Source: Selaginella moellendorffii
Taxonomy: Eukaryota > Plantae > Lycopodiophyta
Length of the DNA: 64,000 bases
Reading direction: 5' to 3'
NCBI RefSeq assembly: GCF_000143415.4
Contig: NW_003314279.1
Coordinates: 2,120,866 to 2,184,865, forward strand
Shown here: positions 25,220 through 37,180 of the stretch, in pieces
Layout: each line of letters starts with the position of its first letter
How positions within the stretch are numbered: position 1 is the first letter of the stretch
Made by a program: the position numbers and the translations under genes
The notes under the pieces: model-generated
The model's input: the letters and a program-made list of their open reading frames with translations, nothing else
Database searches by the model: none
Told to the model about the DNA's origin: nothing

Positions 25220-26970
25220 AAGCATATGGTCAAAACCTAGAATTCTTTTTAGCTAGATTGGCGAATCGCTAGCTGGAATATCCCGTCTCCGGTGGTCGGG
25301 CGTCGGCCGGCAGCAAACGGCGGTTGTCGGTATCCTCGCCCGCCGGCCAGATGTTGCTTTCGTAGCACTTTTATGACGGCGGCATCCTCAATGGGCGAGC
25401 ATGGCGTGGCAAGCTACACATGCCACGCAGGCCCTTCCCGCGACGTGGCAGAATCCGATTGGAGAGCATCCATCCTCGCATGCCATAACATCTGACCGTA
25501 CGCCTTTTTTTTCTTTTTTCATTAAATACCAGAGGGTAAAAACAAAGGCCACGGGTACGTAAAAATGCGCTGGTCCCAAGGGTTATGATGATTACCTTCC
25601 CATCATCGTAAAGCAGTGGAGTATACAATGGATACAGCAATGCAATGGCTTCGCATTGCATGTATCACGCAGTCCTTGCTATTGTCCGTGCCCTCCACAG
25701 GGCTAGAAATAGATCTTGCGTTTAGGCCCATTGACCACATAAGTTACCAGTTGAAAGAAATAAACTTATCGGGAGAAAATACGTAGACCTACGCATACCA
25801 CCGCCCGCGGCGTTTTCTCTTCTCCCCCACAAGCAAACAAACCGTGGTTGGTGTGTCGTTAACTAAACAGAGCATCATGACAGAATCTCCGGGTGCTTAG
25901 ATCCTGCCTCGGTCGAGAACTAACGGAGGTTATGCCAAAAGCCATGGCCCCATGATGGGTGGAATCCATTCACATTCAATGTATGGAATATACTTTTTTA
26001 CACATCGTTCTCTCTGACGTGAATGCCACCACCACCACCGCCTCAATAAAAACCCCCCAAACGCAACCCCGCGAACGAGAATTTTAAATCAAACACCACC
26101 ATTCCAATTTGAACAAGATTCGCGATTTCTTTTTTTTTTTTCTCAACTTTTTCTTTTCTGGAATTTTTTTATTTGGGGATATTTTTTTCTCTGTCAGATT
26201 GATTTTGGTTTTTTAAGACTTTCTGTCCGTGCCTTGAATGCATCCTCCGCAAGCGCCAAACGCGGCGAAGAAGCAAGGAAGATGAGAAAATAGAGGCAGT
26301 AGAATTTCTCGCCCAAGGCATTCATTCCAGTGCCGGTTGTGCATGGAAGCGCCACTCCGGCAATTGCCCCGTGTGGGCATTTGCTGTGGAGCGTGGTGAT
26401 GCGTGACACCACATCCACGTCGAATCGCGATTTGCTAGAGTTCACATCCTCCAGCAAGCAAGCAAGCAAGCACGCATTCCAGCTAGAAGCCCTTGGAGGA
26501 TAATCAATCAATCAATCAATCCTCGAGGAGAGCGATTAAAACAAACCAAAACAAAAAAAAACAAAGAATACCCATGCTCTCCTGTTCGTCGTGATCCATC
26601 GAGCTGGGTCGTCTATGAAGGGGACGATGGAATCGATCGCTCCATCCCCTCCTCCCACAAAATCGGAGGTGGAGCGCGAGAGATAGATTTGATCTCTCCA
26701 CTTCTTTTTATCTTTTGTTGGGGGACACACAGCGACCAGGGTGTGCCCCGCGAGGGAGGCAGCATTTTCCCCCCAGATTCCATACCATGGGCGAGAGAAT
26801 TAGGGCACTTTTCCACTCCATCACTTCTTCTTCCACCACTCTTTGTTGAGTGAGGAAGAAGAGAAGGAGCGCGGCTTTAAAGTTTATTTGCTCGGGGAGA
26901 GCCAGTGCCTCTCTCTGGAGCGTCAGCCAAAGCTACTTATAATCGCAGTGAAGGAGGGGAGAAATCTCTC

Positions 26971-26971
26971 C

Positions 26972-26995
<24 letters not shown>
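26971..26995. repeat. (CT)n tract upstream of GRF, putative core promoter / 5' UTR element
   Basis: ctctctctctctctctctctctc directly visible about 350 bp before the ATG. Confidence 0.75.
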
Positions 26996-27005
<10 letters not shown>

Positions 27006-27346
27006 GCGATCGATCTGCAAAGAACAGATGATAGATAGAATGGAAAGAGCTTTAGATATGGCGCCTGGAAGAGCCCAGCTTCTTTTTCTTCCGTCTTCCT
27101 CTTCTTTGTGGTACCACTGACACATCGGTCTGGCCTGACTCCACAGTGTTTTTCTCACTCACTTCGATCGCCGCCCTCTCCAGCGCGCCGTCGCGCGGCG
27201 AATCTAGCCTAGTTGATCGCTCGATCGCTCGATCGATCATGATCGCCGCTGGAACGATCTCTGGGTGGCTAGGAACAAGGATCGTGTAAGATCGAAGAGA
27301 AGAGAGTAGCTAGCTAGCTTGGGAGCTCGCTCGCGCGATAGACAGC

Positions 27347-28720
27347 ATGGATTTGATGGGCAGTAGCACCAACACGACGACGAGCAGCAGCGAGAAATCC
27401 AGCAGCAGTAGCAAATGTAGACGGCTGGGGGACATCCTGCCCGCTACACCCACCACGAGCAACAAGACGGCGCGGACGAGCAGCGATTCCGCCAAGCAGT
27501 CTAGCAGATCGGGCGGATCGTCGCCCGGCCACCACGGCCAGCAACAGCACCAGCACCAGCACCAGCGGCAGCGCTCCTGCGGCTCGCCCACCGATTCCTC
27601 CACCGCCGCCACCGCCGCCACAGAGGATCACTTACTACACACGAGCGGATCCATCTCCTCTCCACCGAATTCGTTCGCCAATTCCTCCTCGTCCTCCCAG
27701 CACTCTGGGATGATCCTCATGCCTCCTCCGACCATGGCCGGTGCTGGACCGTCCGCAGTTAGCGCATCGTCTTACGGAACTATGGGAGGAGCTATGGCAA
27801 TGCCGGGGATGGGAGGAGGAGGAGGAGCGATGAATCTCGCGAGATCACCGATGCTCTTCCAGCAGCAGCCAGCGATGAAGCAATCCATGGGTGAGCGTCG
27901 CGAGTGAGCGAGAGCGTGGATAAAAGTGTTTTCTAGGAGGATTGATCGATGGTTTTGCTTCGTGACAGGATTCCAGCAGCAGCTGGCGATGGGGAGCGCG
28001 AGCAGCCTGCTGGGCCTCCACGAAGCTTTCATGGCGTCGCGCTATCCCTTCACGTCCCTCCAGTGGGCGGAGCTGGAGCACCAGGCGCTGGTTTTCAAGT
28101 ACATCCTGGCGCGCGCGCCCGTGCCGCCCGAGCTCATCGCTCCAATCCGCTCCACCTCCTTCTCCTCCATTCTAGGTAACAAAGATCTCCCTCCATATCC
28201 ATCTCTTTCTTCTTCCTCTTGGTTGCTCTTCTTTCGCTTTCTCTGATTCGATCGTTCAGGTGGAGGAGGATCGTGGCCCTGTACGATCCCATCGTCGGCC
28301 AACGCTGGCAGTGGGCATGGGGTACACACGAATCACCTCGACGCGGAGCCAGGACGGTGCCGGCGTACCGACGGCAAGAAATGGCGGTGTGCACGGCCCA
28401 TCGTCCCGGATCAAAAGTACTGCGAGCGGCACATCAATCGTGGCAGGCACAAGAAGAAATCTTCCGCTGCTACGGCGGCGGCGGTAGCTGCGGCGGCGGC
28501 CGCCACCACTGGCGGGGGAGGAATGGGAAGAGTCTCGTCCACCACCAGCACTAGCACAAGCACTAGCAGCACGAGTGGTATCATCGCGTCTAGCCATGGT
28601 GGCGAGCACCATCCGGGCGAGCTCTCCACCGCGTTTGAGATCTCGAATGCGTCCTCGTCTATGTTCCACCACCATCGGTCATCGTCTCTCGCGGATGGTA
28701 GCGTGAACTTGGCGATCCAT

Positions 28721-28762
<42 letters not shown>

Positions 28763-30911
28763 CAACACTCGCAGCAGCAGCACCAAGCTTTGATGATGAT
28801 GATGCGAGGTGGTGGTGGTGGCGGTGGCGGTGGCGGTGGCTCTAACACCACCGGCATTGTTCCAAGCTCTTGCGGAGCTGGAGGAGGATCTCCCGGAGTT
28901 TCGTCCCACTCGAATCATCCACACCAGCAGAGCTCCGTCCCGTTGCAATCGAGCTACTTCAGCGCTGGAGCTGGACCCCTCTCCATGAAAGACAGGTACT
29001 TCGAAACCACCATAACTTAAATGCTTGTTCTTTCCTTTCGTTTCTTCTTCTTCTTCCTTGGTGCGTTCTTTTTCTTCCTCCATAGCTAGAACTAGAAAGC
29101 TAGCTCGCTGGCGGTATGTCTTTTGCTTTCCTGCATTTTCTCTGTTTTGCTCGTGTCGTTTGCTCTAGATTTTTGCCTGCTCGTGGCGTCGGTTCGCATT
29201 TTGTTTGCGTGAGAATCTGGAGCTTGAGGTGAGTGAGATGAGAGCTTGGAAATTTGTATCGTTCATGAATGCCACCCATGCACGCCACCAAAGTATTGAT
29301 TGACCGAAGTGTGATAGTAATTTTTGCGTGGGGAGCTTTTGTGAGAGTCAATTGCGATGAACAGTGGCGAAGGATTCGATCCTCCTGATCGCCTTGCTGC
29401 CTTTTAAAAACACTTGTTTGCTTACGACAGTGGCGCATTGGAGTTTATGCTGCGCTGCTTGGCGTTTTGGCTCTAGTGCTTGTTTTCTTCTTTTATAAAT
29501 CCCCCCCGCGCTCCTTGTCTTGCTCATCTTAAATGGCGAGCTTGTTTTTCATTCTTTCCCTTGCCTTCTTCCGCTTGAACGTTTTTTTTAGTCCTTTCTC
29601 TCGCCCGTCCCCGTTGGTGTCTGTGCCTGGAAACCTTTGTCGCCATGTCAATCCCGCTTTGTTTGTCTCGTTGCTTTCTCGTGAGTGTAAGTGTGTGTGA
29701 AAGTGGGAAGTGAGAGTGTGCCAAAGAGTGAGATTTGCGTCTGAGTTTGTGTGGTTTCCACCATTGCGTTCATGAAATCATGCATGGCTTCCTTCCTTTT
29801 ATTTTTCTTTGCTGGCCTGTCTTTCTCTTATTTTTTTTTCCTTAGAATATGTGGATTTCAGTGCAGCTCTTCCGCATCCTTTCGATCATCTTTCTTCCGT
29901 TTGCTTGGCCTTTTTTTTTTCAGGTTTTTGAATGGTATAAGTAAAGCAACGTCGTTTGATTTGCGTCCCGAGCAGCTGCTTCTTTCGGAGGTTCCTGGAG
30001 GCTCAGCAGCAGCTCTAGCAGCACCCGGATCCGGGATCTCAGCAAACCAATCCAATTTTCCAGGAGCAGCAGCACGAGGAGGAGTCAATCCAACCTCAGC
30101 AGCAGCGCCACCACCATTCTTCCAGCTCCCAAAGTCAAACGCGAGCAGCACCAGCAATAGCGCCAGCAGCAACCCGGACTCGCCATACTTTTCATACTCG
30201 AAGCTCTTCCACAACGCGAGCGACGAGTCGCAGCACTGCCTGAGCAGCCTACTCGCGTCGCCTCCGCAGCACCAGCACAACCAGCAGCTGAATTACTACG
30301 CGAGCGATCCATCCGTGGCCGAGAAGATCAAACCGGACACCTCCCACGCGCTGCGTCCGCTCTTCAACGAATGGCCGCGCTCCAGGGACGCTTCCACCAT
30401 GACGTCGTGGTCGGACTCCGACGATCGAAAGCCATGCCAGCAGCAGCTCCACAAGCTCAAGCTCGGCGGCGGCGGGACGCATCTCTCCATCTCGATTCCA
30501 AGCACGGCCTCTGGAGGATCGCATGAAGATGGCGGTGGGAACGATAGCATGGTAAAGCTTTGCATGGGGAGTAGCGTCGAGGAGCTGACGGACTCGGCCA
30601 CCAATGGTGGTGGCGGGGGCGGAGGTGGTAGCAGTGGCGGCGGTTTGATCAAGCCGGGTGGCGGAGTGGTGGAGCTGGGATGGTTCTCGGCGGCGCGAGC
30701 TTCCGTGGGAGGTCCGCTGGCGGAGGCTTTCAATGCGAGCGAGGTGAAGTCGTCGGGCTTGACCTTCCTTGGAGGGTCGGCGAGAGATCTTCGGCAGCTC
30801 CAGGTGGTGTCGCCCACGGGTGTGCTGCAGCGATCCGGGCTTGGATCGTTTTCCGAGTCGAGCAGCAGCGCGAGTAGCCCCGGATCGATCAAAGTGGAGC
30901 AGCTGCATTGA
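27347..30911 (+). CDS. GRF: Growth-regulating factor (QLQ + WRC), exons about 27347-27890, 27969-28174, 28260-28995, 29924-30911
   Basis: QLQ: [33 protein letters not shown]: [30 protein letters not shown]-terminal FFD-like (LFNEWP), TQL-like (THLSISIP) and GGPL motifs. Confidence 0.95.
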
Positions 30912-31172
30912 CAACAACGTGAGAGATGGCAGGCTCTGCGAGTGAGAAAAAGAGCTCCCTCCCCAAGTGTTCAAAGATACTTAAAGAGTGGATTTTTTTT
31001 GTTTTGGTTCTTGCGTTTTCAGTTGTATATAGTTGCATACATGACAAAACGAAAATTGGTCAGCTGATAGACACAAATCCAACATCAAGAACAAGTCCAA
31101 TAATGAGAAATTATAATTTAGTATAAACAATAAAGATTGAAACAACCAATGTAAAAGGATTTATTTATATAG

Positions 31173-33704
31173 CTAACAGCGGCAAATATCGGACAAGAGG
31201 ATGTATGGAGCTGACTTTGAAGGATCTATAGATTTCGCAACTTGTGCTCCACGGCCAAAATCCCTGTGAAGTTTACACGAGCTCAAGAATGATCCAAAAT
31301 CAATGCTCTCGGGAAGAACAGGCATGGATTTCAGGAGCTCCTCTGCCTGCCCAAGATGCCCAGCTCTCCCCAGCGCATCAATTGTGGTACAATAGTGCTC
31401 CCTGCCTGGAGAGATGCTAAAGTCGCAAATCATTCTTGAAAAGAACAGTCGTCCAGCCTCGACCTGACCTGACTGGCTCCAGATCGAGAGAAGGGTCGTA
31501 AAAGCTACCTCGCTCGCGGTATGTCCTTCCACTTGCATCGAATGAAAGAGGTAAATGGCCTCCACACTGTGATGCCCAGTTTGGGCATATGCAGCAAGCA
31601 TAGCATTCCATGACACGTCATTCCTTTCGGGCAAAGCATCGAACGTTTTCTTTGCTAGAGACGTAAGACCATTGTTTGAAAATCCTGCAAGCATGGCATT
31701 CCACGTAATGGCATCTTTCGCGGGCGCAAGAAAAAACATGCGTTGCGCTTCTAAGAGATGCCCGTTTTGGGCATACGCCGTGATCATAGAGTTCCACGCC
31801 ACGAGATTCTTTTCGGGAATGGATTCGAAGAGGAACCGCGCCTCCTCAAGCTGGGAGCTTTGGGAGAGACTGGCAATGGTGGCATTGCACGAAACAAGGT
31901 CTCGCATTGGCATCTCGTCAAAGATGGCCTTGGCAAGGGATGGATTCCCGGCGTGGAGGTGGCCGACGATCATCGTCGTCCAGGACGACGCATCCCTAGC
32001 GACGATCGAGTGGAAGATCTGCGTGGCCTCGGCCATGCGCCCGGATTGAGCGTACGAGTACATGAGCGTGTTCCAAGACACCACATTGGTCTCCTTGAGC
32101 CGCTGAAAGAGATCCACCACCTTATCCAATTGCCCTCTCTGGGAGTAGGCCGCGAGCATCGTGTTCCAGGACACGATATCGCGCTTCTCCATGCAATCAA
32201 ACATCTCTCTCGCGGCGTCCAGATCGCCGCTATCGATGATCGCCTCTAGCATCACTGTGGAGGAGATCACGTCCACCTCCGGGACGGAATCGTAGAGCTG
32301 CCTGGCCTGATCGAGATGGCCCTCTCGCGCGAGCGCTGGGATCATTGCATTGACCGCCACCGCGTTGTGTAAAGGCATGGAATCGAAGATCGCGGCGGCG
32401 TCGCTGAGGCGGCCGTGATCTGCGTAGGCCTGGATCATCGCCGTGCATGGAACGATCCCATGCTCCGGGATGGCAAGGAAGAGCTCTCTCGCGCGATGCA
32501 GATCGCCGTGCTGGGAATTCGCGGAGAGGAGGATGATCCAAGAGACGATGTCCCGCGCGGGCATTTGATGGAAGATCTGGTGAGCGTGGAGCAGCCTCCC
32601 ACTTATCGCATTTGCTTGAAGAACAGAGTTCCAAGAAACGATGTCCCACGCGGGCATCTGATCGAAAAGGCTGTTCGCCTCCACGAATTCCCCGATCTGG
32701 CCGTATGCCGCGATGAGAGCGTTCCAGGAGATCACGCTCCACTGCGGCATGCGATCAAACATGAGCCTCATCTCTCGAAAGTCGCCTGCTTTCACGTAGC
32801 CATGGATCATTGCGTTCCAGGCTATGATGCTTTCCTCCGGCATAGCATCAAAGAGGGCCTTTGCGCTATCCACATCCCCTGCCTGACAGTACGCGCTCAC
32901 CATCGCCGTCCACGACACTGCATCGCGCATTGGCATCGTATCGAACATCGACTTTGCCTGCTCCAGATCTCCAACGCTGGCATTTGCTTGGATCAAGATG
33001 TTCCAAGAGAGAACACCGCGCTCGGTCATTCTAGAGAAAAATTCTCTTGCCTCTTCAATCTTTCCATTTTCTACGAATCCTTGCAGCATAGCGTTCCAGC
33101 TGACCATGTTTCTTTGAGGCATACGGCTAAATACTTCTTTTGCTTGATCCAAATGCCCTATCCCGGCAAATGCTGAAAGCATTGCTGTCCAAGAAACCAC
33201 GTCCCTTTGAGGCATTGATCTAAACACATGACCAGCCTCTTCCACCATGTTGTTTGCAATATAGAGCTGAATAAGTGTGTTCCACGACGCAGTGTCTCTT
33301 CTGGGCATGTTGTCAAAGAGTGTTCTTGCCTCCTGCACGTACCCCTTTGTGGCATATGCTTGCATTAGCGTTGTCCATGCTACAAGATCTTTGTGAGGGT
33401 TTGTGTCGAAGAATTGCTTGGCTTGATCGAGAAGACCATTGCGAGTGTATGCATTGAGCATGATGTTCCATGAAAAGAGATTAGGAGTGTCTATGCTGTC
33501 AAAAACTTTGCGGGCATCATCTACTGCCCCGCAACTCCCATACATTTGGATGACTTGGTTGAGCAGGAACAAGTTGGAACGGTGGGCACTCTTCAGGATT
33601 GATTTGTGGGCAAATCTACCTTGGATAATATCTCTTGACTGGATGTGGAGCTTGATCTGTGCAGCTAAATTATTCTGCTCTTCAAATGCTCTATCTTTCA
33701 ACAT
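31173..33704 (-). CDS. PLS-class PPR protein (long run of about 31-aa repeats, truncated E domain, no DYW), intronless
   Basis: 843-aa ORF with more than 20 (D/N)VVSWN(A/T)M repeats, EHYCTTIDALGRAGHL, APYILLSDI. Confidence 0.95.
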   Translation of the reverse strand: MLKDRAFEEQNNLAAQIKLHIQSRDIIQGRFAHKSILKSAHRSNLFLLNQVIQMYGSCGAVDDARKVFDSIDTPNLFSWNIMLNAYTRNGLLDQAKQFFDTNPHKDLVAWTTLMQAYATKGYVQEARTLFDNMPRRDTASWNTLIQLYIANNMVEEAGHVFRSMPQRDVVSWTAMLSAFAGIGHLDQAKEVFSRMPQRNMVSWNAMLQGFVENGKIEEAREFFSRMTERGVLSWNILIQANASVGDLEQAKSMFDTMPMRDAVSWTAMVSAYCQAGDVDSAKALFDAMPEESIIAWNAMIHGYVKAGDFREMRLMFDRMPQWSVISWNALIAAYGQIGEFVEANSLFDQMPAWDIVSWNSVLQANAISGRLLHAHQIFHQMPARDIVSWIILLSANSQHGDLHRARELFLAIPEHGIVPCTAMIQAYADHGRLSDAAAIFDSMPLHNAVAVNAMIPALAREGHLDQARQLYDSVPEVDVISSTVMLEAIIDSGDLDAAREMFDCMEKRDIVSWNTMLAAYSQRGQLDKVVDLFQRLKETNVVSWNTLMYSYAQSGRMAEATQIFHSIVARDASSWTTMIVGHLHAGNPSLAKAIFDEMPMRDLVSCNATIASLSQSSQLEEARFLFESIPEKNLVAWNSMITAYAQNGHLLEAQRMFFLAPAKDAITWNAMLAGFSNNGLTSLAKKTFDALPERNDVSWNAMLAAYAQTGHHSVEAIYLFHSMQVEGHTASEVAFTTLLSIWSQSGQVEAGRLFFSRMICDFSISPGREHYCTTIDALGRAGHLGQAEELLKSMPVLPESIDFGSFLSSCKLHRDFGRGAQVAKSIDPSKSAPYILLSDICRC

Positions 33705-34719
33705 GAGAGTCCTGGCAAACTGATCTTATGAGCTGCTTGAAGAAACAAAAAATAAGTGTGTTCTTCCTACTGCTTTAAGTTCTTAATACAAATGCACTCA
33801 AATATTTTAATATATTAATTTAATTGATGTAATTGTATATTTAAAGGCTAACATAAGATAAGATTAGCAGTAATATATTAACATAAATTTTAATATTATA
33901 CATTTAATTTAATATACTTTTGGTAATAAGCTTCAATAAAAACAAATTGTAATTATTTAGTTTTTAAAGTAAAATTTTTAATTATATGATTTATTTTAAA
34001 TAAAAAATCATAAATTTCTATATAAACAAAAAAATATGAATAATTTTTATATGAGCATATGTTCTGTATTACTTGTGTGTGGATGTTAATGAATGACTCA
34101 TAAATTCATATCGCAGTCCAAGCACTAAAGGTTTTTTTCTCTTTATTTATAATTCAATTTTAGTTTATAAGTTATCATGAGTTATATCAAAAAGTAACAT
34201 ATGTAGATATTTTAGATTTTCATTTCTATGAACAAACAAATATGAATAATTTAGATTCTCAGTAAATTATACTGAGAAAGAATATTTTTCAGACTCTAAG
34301 AACTTTATTATATTATAATTTTTAAAAATAAAGTATTTTAATTTTGTAATATAAAATCTTAAAATTAATAATAATAATATATATAAATAAATAAATATTA
34401 TTTTATATTAAAAATATTCATTACATGTTCTATTTTTGCTTATATGATATGATATAATATAATTCAAATGGTAAATATGATTAAAAGTAACTACTTTAAT
34501 TTCCAAAAGTTTTGCTATTTGATTTCATCACTTATAAAATACTCTTTCAAATATTTTGAAAAAAAATACTTTACAAAAATCATAACTGTGATAAAATATT
34601 TTTGGAGTATTATTTTTAAGCTTTTATTATGTAATGTAGTACAATCTATATCTTTTTTATTTTGATGATATTTAAAATTGCTAAGAAAGTTTAGATGGAA
34701 AATATATTTTTTGAAAAAA

Positions 34720-37155
34720 CTAAGTTTTTCTTAAAGAGTTAATAAGTAAAGTATAAAAAGATGAAAATTTACATTTTTGCAAATCCATTCTAGATAAGAT
34801 CTCTTTGTAACTACAGTCATGCATTGATAACAATGATTGCGATGAAACCAGATTTGATATAGAAGGCATTGCAGCCATAAACTCCTCAGCATTTCGCAAT
34901 TGTCCAGCCCTTGCTAAGACATCTATAAGTGCATTATAATGTTCCTTTAGAGAGCATATATGGTAGTCAAAGACCATTGTGTTGAAGTAGTAGGCGGCCT
35001 TCTCAATAGATCCAGCGTGATTGCACACACTAAGAACAATAAGGAATGTCATTTCATTTGGACTAAGACCCCCCACACTAATCCACGACACAAGCTCTAA
35101 AGCTCTCGAGTGATTCCCAGAGCGTACATTGGCTGCTAGGAGAGTATTCCATGAAGTAGCGTTGATCTCTGGCATCTTGTCAAAGAAAAGCTTTGTTGCA
35201 TCAATGCTGCTACCTTGGCTGTAAATCGTCAACAGATGATTCCAAGACACCACATCTTGATTTGGCATGCCCAGAAAAAACAGTAGAGCTTCGTGTATTT
35301 GAGTTATTAGAGACAAAGCAAGGTTCCATGTTGTGAGAGTTTTCTCTGCCATGCTTTGGAACACATTAATAGCTGCTTCTACGTCACCCTTGAGCCCAAA
35401 TGCGGTGATCATGGCGTTGCAAGACACTGCGTCTCTTTCAGGCAAACAATCAAATACTTCTTTTGATTTTTCGATATAGTCATTCTGAGCATATGCTGTG
35501 AGCATGGCAGTCGAGATGACAAGATCTTTATTTGGAATTTGATGGTACAAGTTCTTAGCTAGATCAATCTGGCCGCTCTTTGCAAACATGTTGATTACTA
35601 GATTGCATGAGGCTGGGTCATGATCGGGCATTCTTTGCTCGAAGATAAACTTTGCTTGGTCGAATTGTTCCTTTTTTATATAGGCTGCTAAAAGCGCAGT
35701 CCAAGCAACGAGATTGTGCTCTGGCATTGAATCAAAGAACACCTTTGCCTCACTATCGAGGTTTCCAAAATCCAGAAGAATTTGGAACATTATAGTGTAG
35801 CTCGTGATATCTCGACAGATCATTTCCGAGAAGAGCGTTTTCGCTTGCTGGAGATGCCCACTTCGGGCATACCCCGAGAGCATCGCATTGCACGAAGCGG
35901 TGTCTCGCTCGGGCATAAGATCGAATAAGCTCATGGCGCACTCCAGGCGGTCGCAGTCGATGTGGATGAGGATCATCGCCCTCCACGACGCTAGATTCGT
36001 CATTGGCATGCTCCGGAAGAATGCTTCATGGCGATGGAGCTCCGCGGCACTGCGTAGAGCCACATTCCATGCAAAGACGTCGCGAGTCCCCGGCATCGCG
36101 TGAAACATCTCGAGCGATTTCTCGACTGCGCCGTTCTGAGCGTACGCTTGGATCATCACACTCCACGAGACGACGGTCTTGTGGATCGTCTCGAGGAAGA
36201 ACACGCGCTCGGCCTTTGCGATCTCGCCGGACTGCCCGAAACCCACGATCATAGAGTTGCAAGAGAGGACGTCGCGCTCGGGAATTCGCAAGAACAGGGC
36301 CTCCCCCGCCTCCATCTGTCCGTTGCTAGCAAACGCCTGGATCATCGCGTTCCAGGACGCAAGCGATCGGTAGTGCATTCGATCAAAGATCGCTGCTGCC
36401 TCCGCAAGATCGCCCACCAGGGCATAGGCCGAGATCATAGAGTTCCCAGAGATCGCGTCGTGCGCAGGCATTCGCTGGAAGACGTCCTCCGCAGCGCGGA
36501 TATGCCCTTGTTGGGCATATGCCTGGATCATTGTGTTCCACGACACGGCGTTTCTCTCTGGCATTGTATCAAACACGGACTTTGCTTGATCAAGATCTTC
36601 ACCGTCAGCGTACGCTTGGATCATCGTATTCCATGACACTACGTTCTTCACAGGCATGGATTTAAAGAACTCTTCCACCTCCACAAAATGCCCAATTGAG
36701 GCATACAGTGTGAGCATCGTGTTCCAGGATACCACATCTCGATTGGGCATTTTCGCAAAGATTTCTTTGGCTCGATCCACGTTTCTTTCAAGTGCGTAGA
36801 TCTTGAGCATTGCAGTCCATGAGACAACGTCCGGATCAGGCATCATCGAGAAGATCCTCTTTGCACCGTCAAGATGCCCGTTCTGGGAATACGCGACGAG
36901 CATCAGGTTCCAGGAGAACTGATTCGGCCGCGCGATCGCGTCGAATGCCGCTCGCGCTTCCTCCAGGCATCCGCACCGGCCGTATGCCTGCACGATGAGG
37001 TTGGCCAGGTACCGGCTCTGGCAGTGCCGATTGCTGCTGGCGATGAGCTTGTGGAGATTTCTCGCGGCAGCGGCATCGGCGCAGCATTTGAGGCGCTCGG
37101 CGAGATCGTCTTCTTCGCATCGCGCTCTGGATCGATCGAGAAGAGGCGCTTGCAT
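34720..37155 (-). CDS. PLS-class PPR protein (about 31-aa repeats, degenerate E domain, no DYW), intronless
   Basis: 811-aa ORF with the same repeat type, LSVCNHAG, EHYNALIDVLARAGQL. Confidence 0.93.
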   Translation of the reverse strand: MQAPLLDRSRARCEEDDLAERLKCCADAAAARNLHKLIASSNRHCQSRYLANLIVQAYGRCGCLEEARAAFDAIARPNQFSWNLMLVAYSQNGHLDGAKRIFSMMPDPDVVSWTAMLKIYALERNVDRAKEIFAKMPNRDVVSWNTMLTLYASIGHFVEVEEFFKSMPVKNVVSWNTMIQAYADGEDLDQAKSVFDTMPERNAVSWNTMIQAYAQQGHIRAAEDVFQRMPAHDAISGNSMISAYALVGDLAEAAAIFDRMHYRSLASWNAMIQAFASNGQMEAGEALFLRIPERDVLSCNSMIVGFGQSGEIAKAERVFFLETIHKTVVSWSVMIQAYAQNGAVEKSLEMFHAMPGTRDVFAWNVALRSAAELHRHEAFFRSMPMTNLASWRAMILIHIDCDRLECAMSLFDLMPERDTASCNAMLSGYARSGHLQQAKTLFSEMICRDITSYTIMFQILLDFGNLDSEAKVFFDSMPEHNLVAWTALLAAYIKKEQFDQAKFIFEQRMPDHDPASCNLVINMFAKSGQIDLAKNLYHQIPNKDLVISTAMLTAYAQNDYIEKSKEVFDCLPERDAVSCNAMITAFGLKGDVEAAINVFQSMAEKTLTTWNLALSLITQIHEALLFFLGMPNQDVVSWNHLLTIYSQGSSIDATKLFFDKMPEINATSWNTLLAANVRSGNHSRALELVSWISVGGLSPNEMTFLIVLSVCNHAGSIEKAAYYFNTMVFDYHICSLKEHYNALIDVLARAGQLRNAEEFMAAMPSISNLVSSQSLLSMHDCSYKEILSRMDLQKCKFSSFYTLLINSLRKT

Positions 37156-37180
37156 GGTAGTAGCTAGGGTTTATCGCGGA

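Noticed and set aside
33780-34719. Very AT-rich block (also 5700-6800 and 54400-55700) as MITE/Helitron
   Set aside because: No terminal inverted repeats, TSD or Helitron hairpin/CTRR end could be identified by eye.
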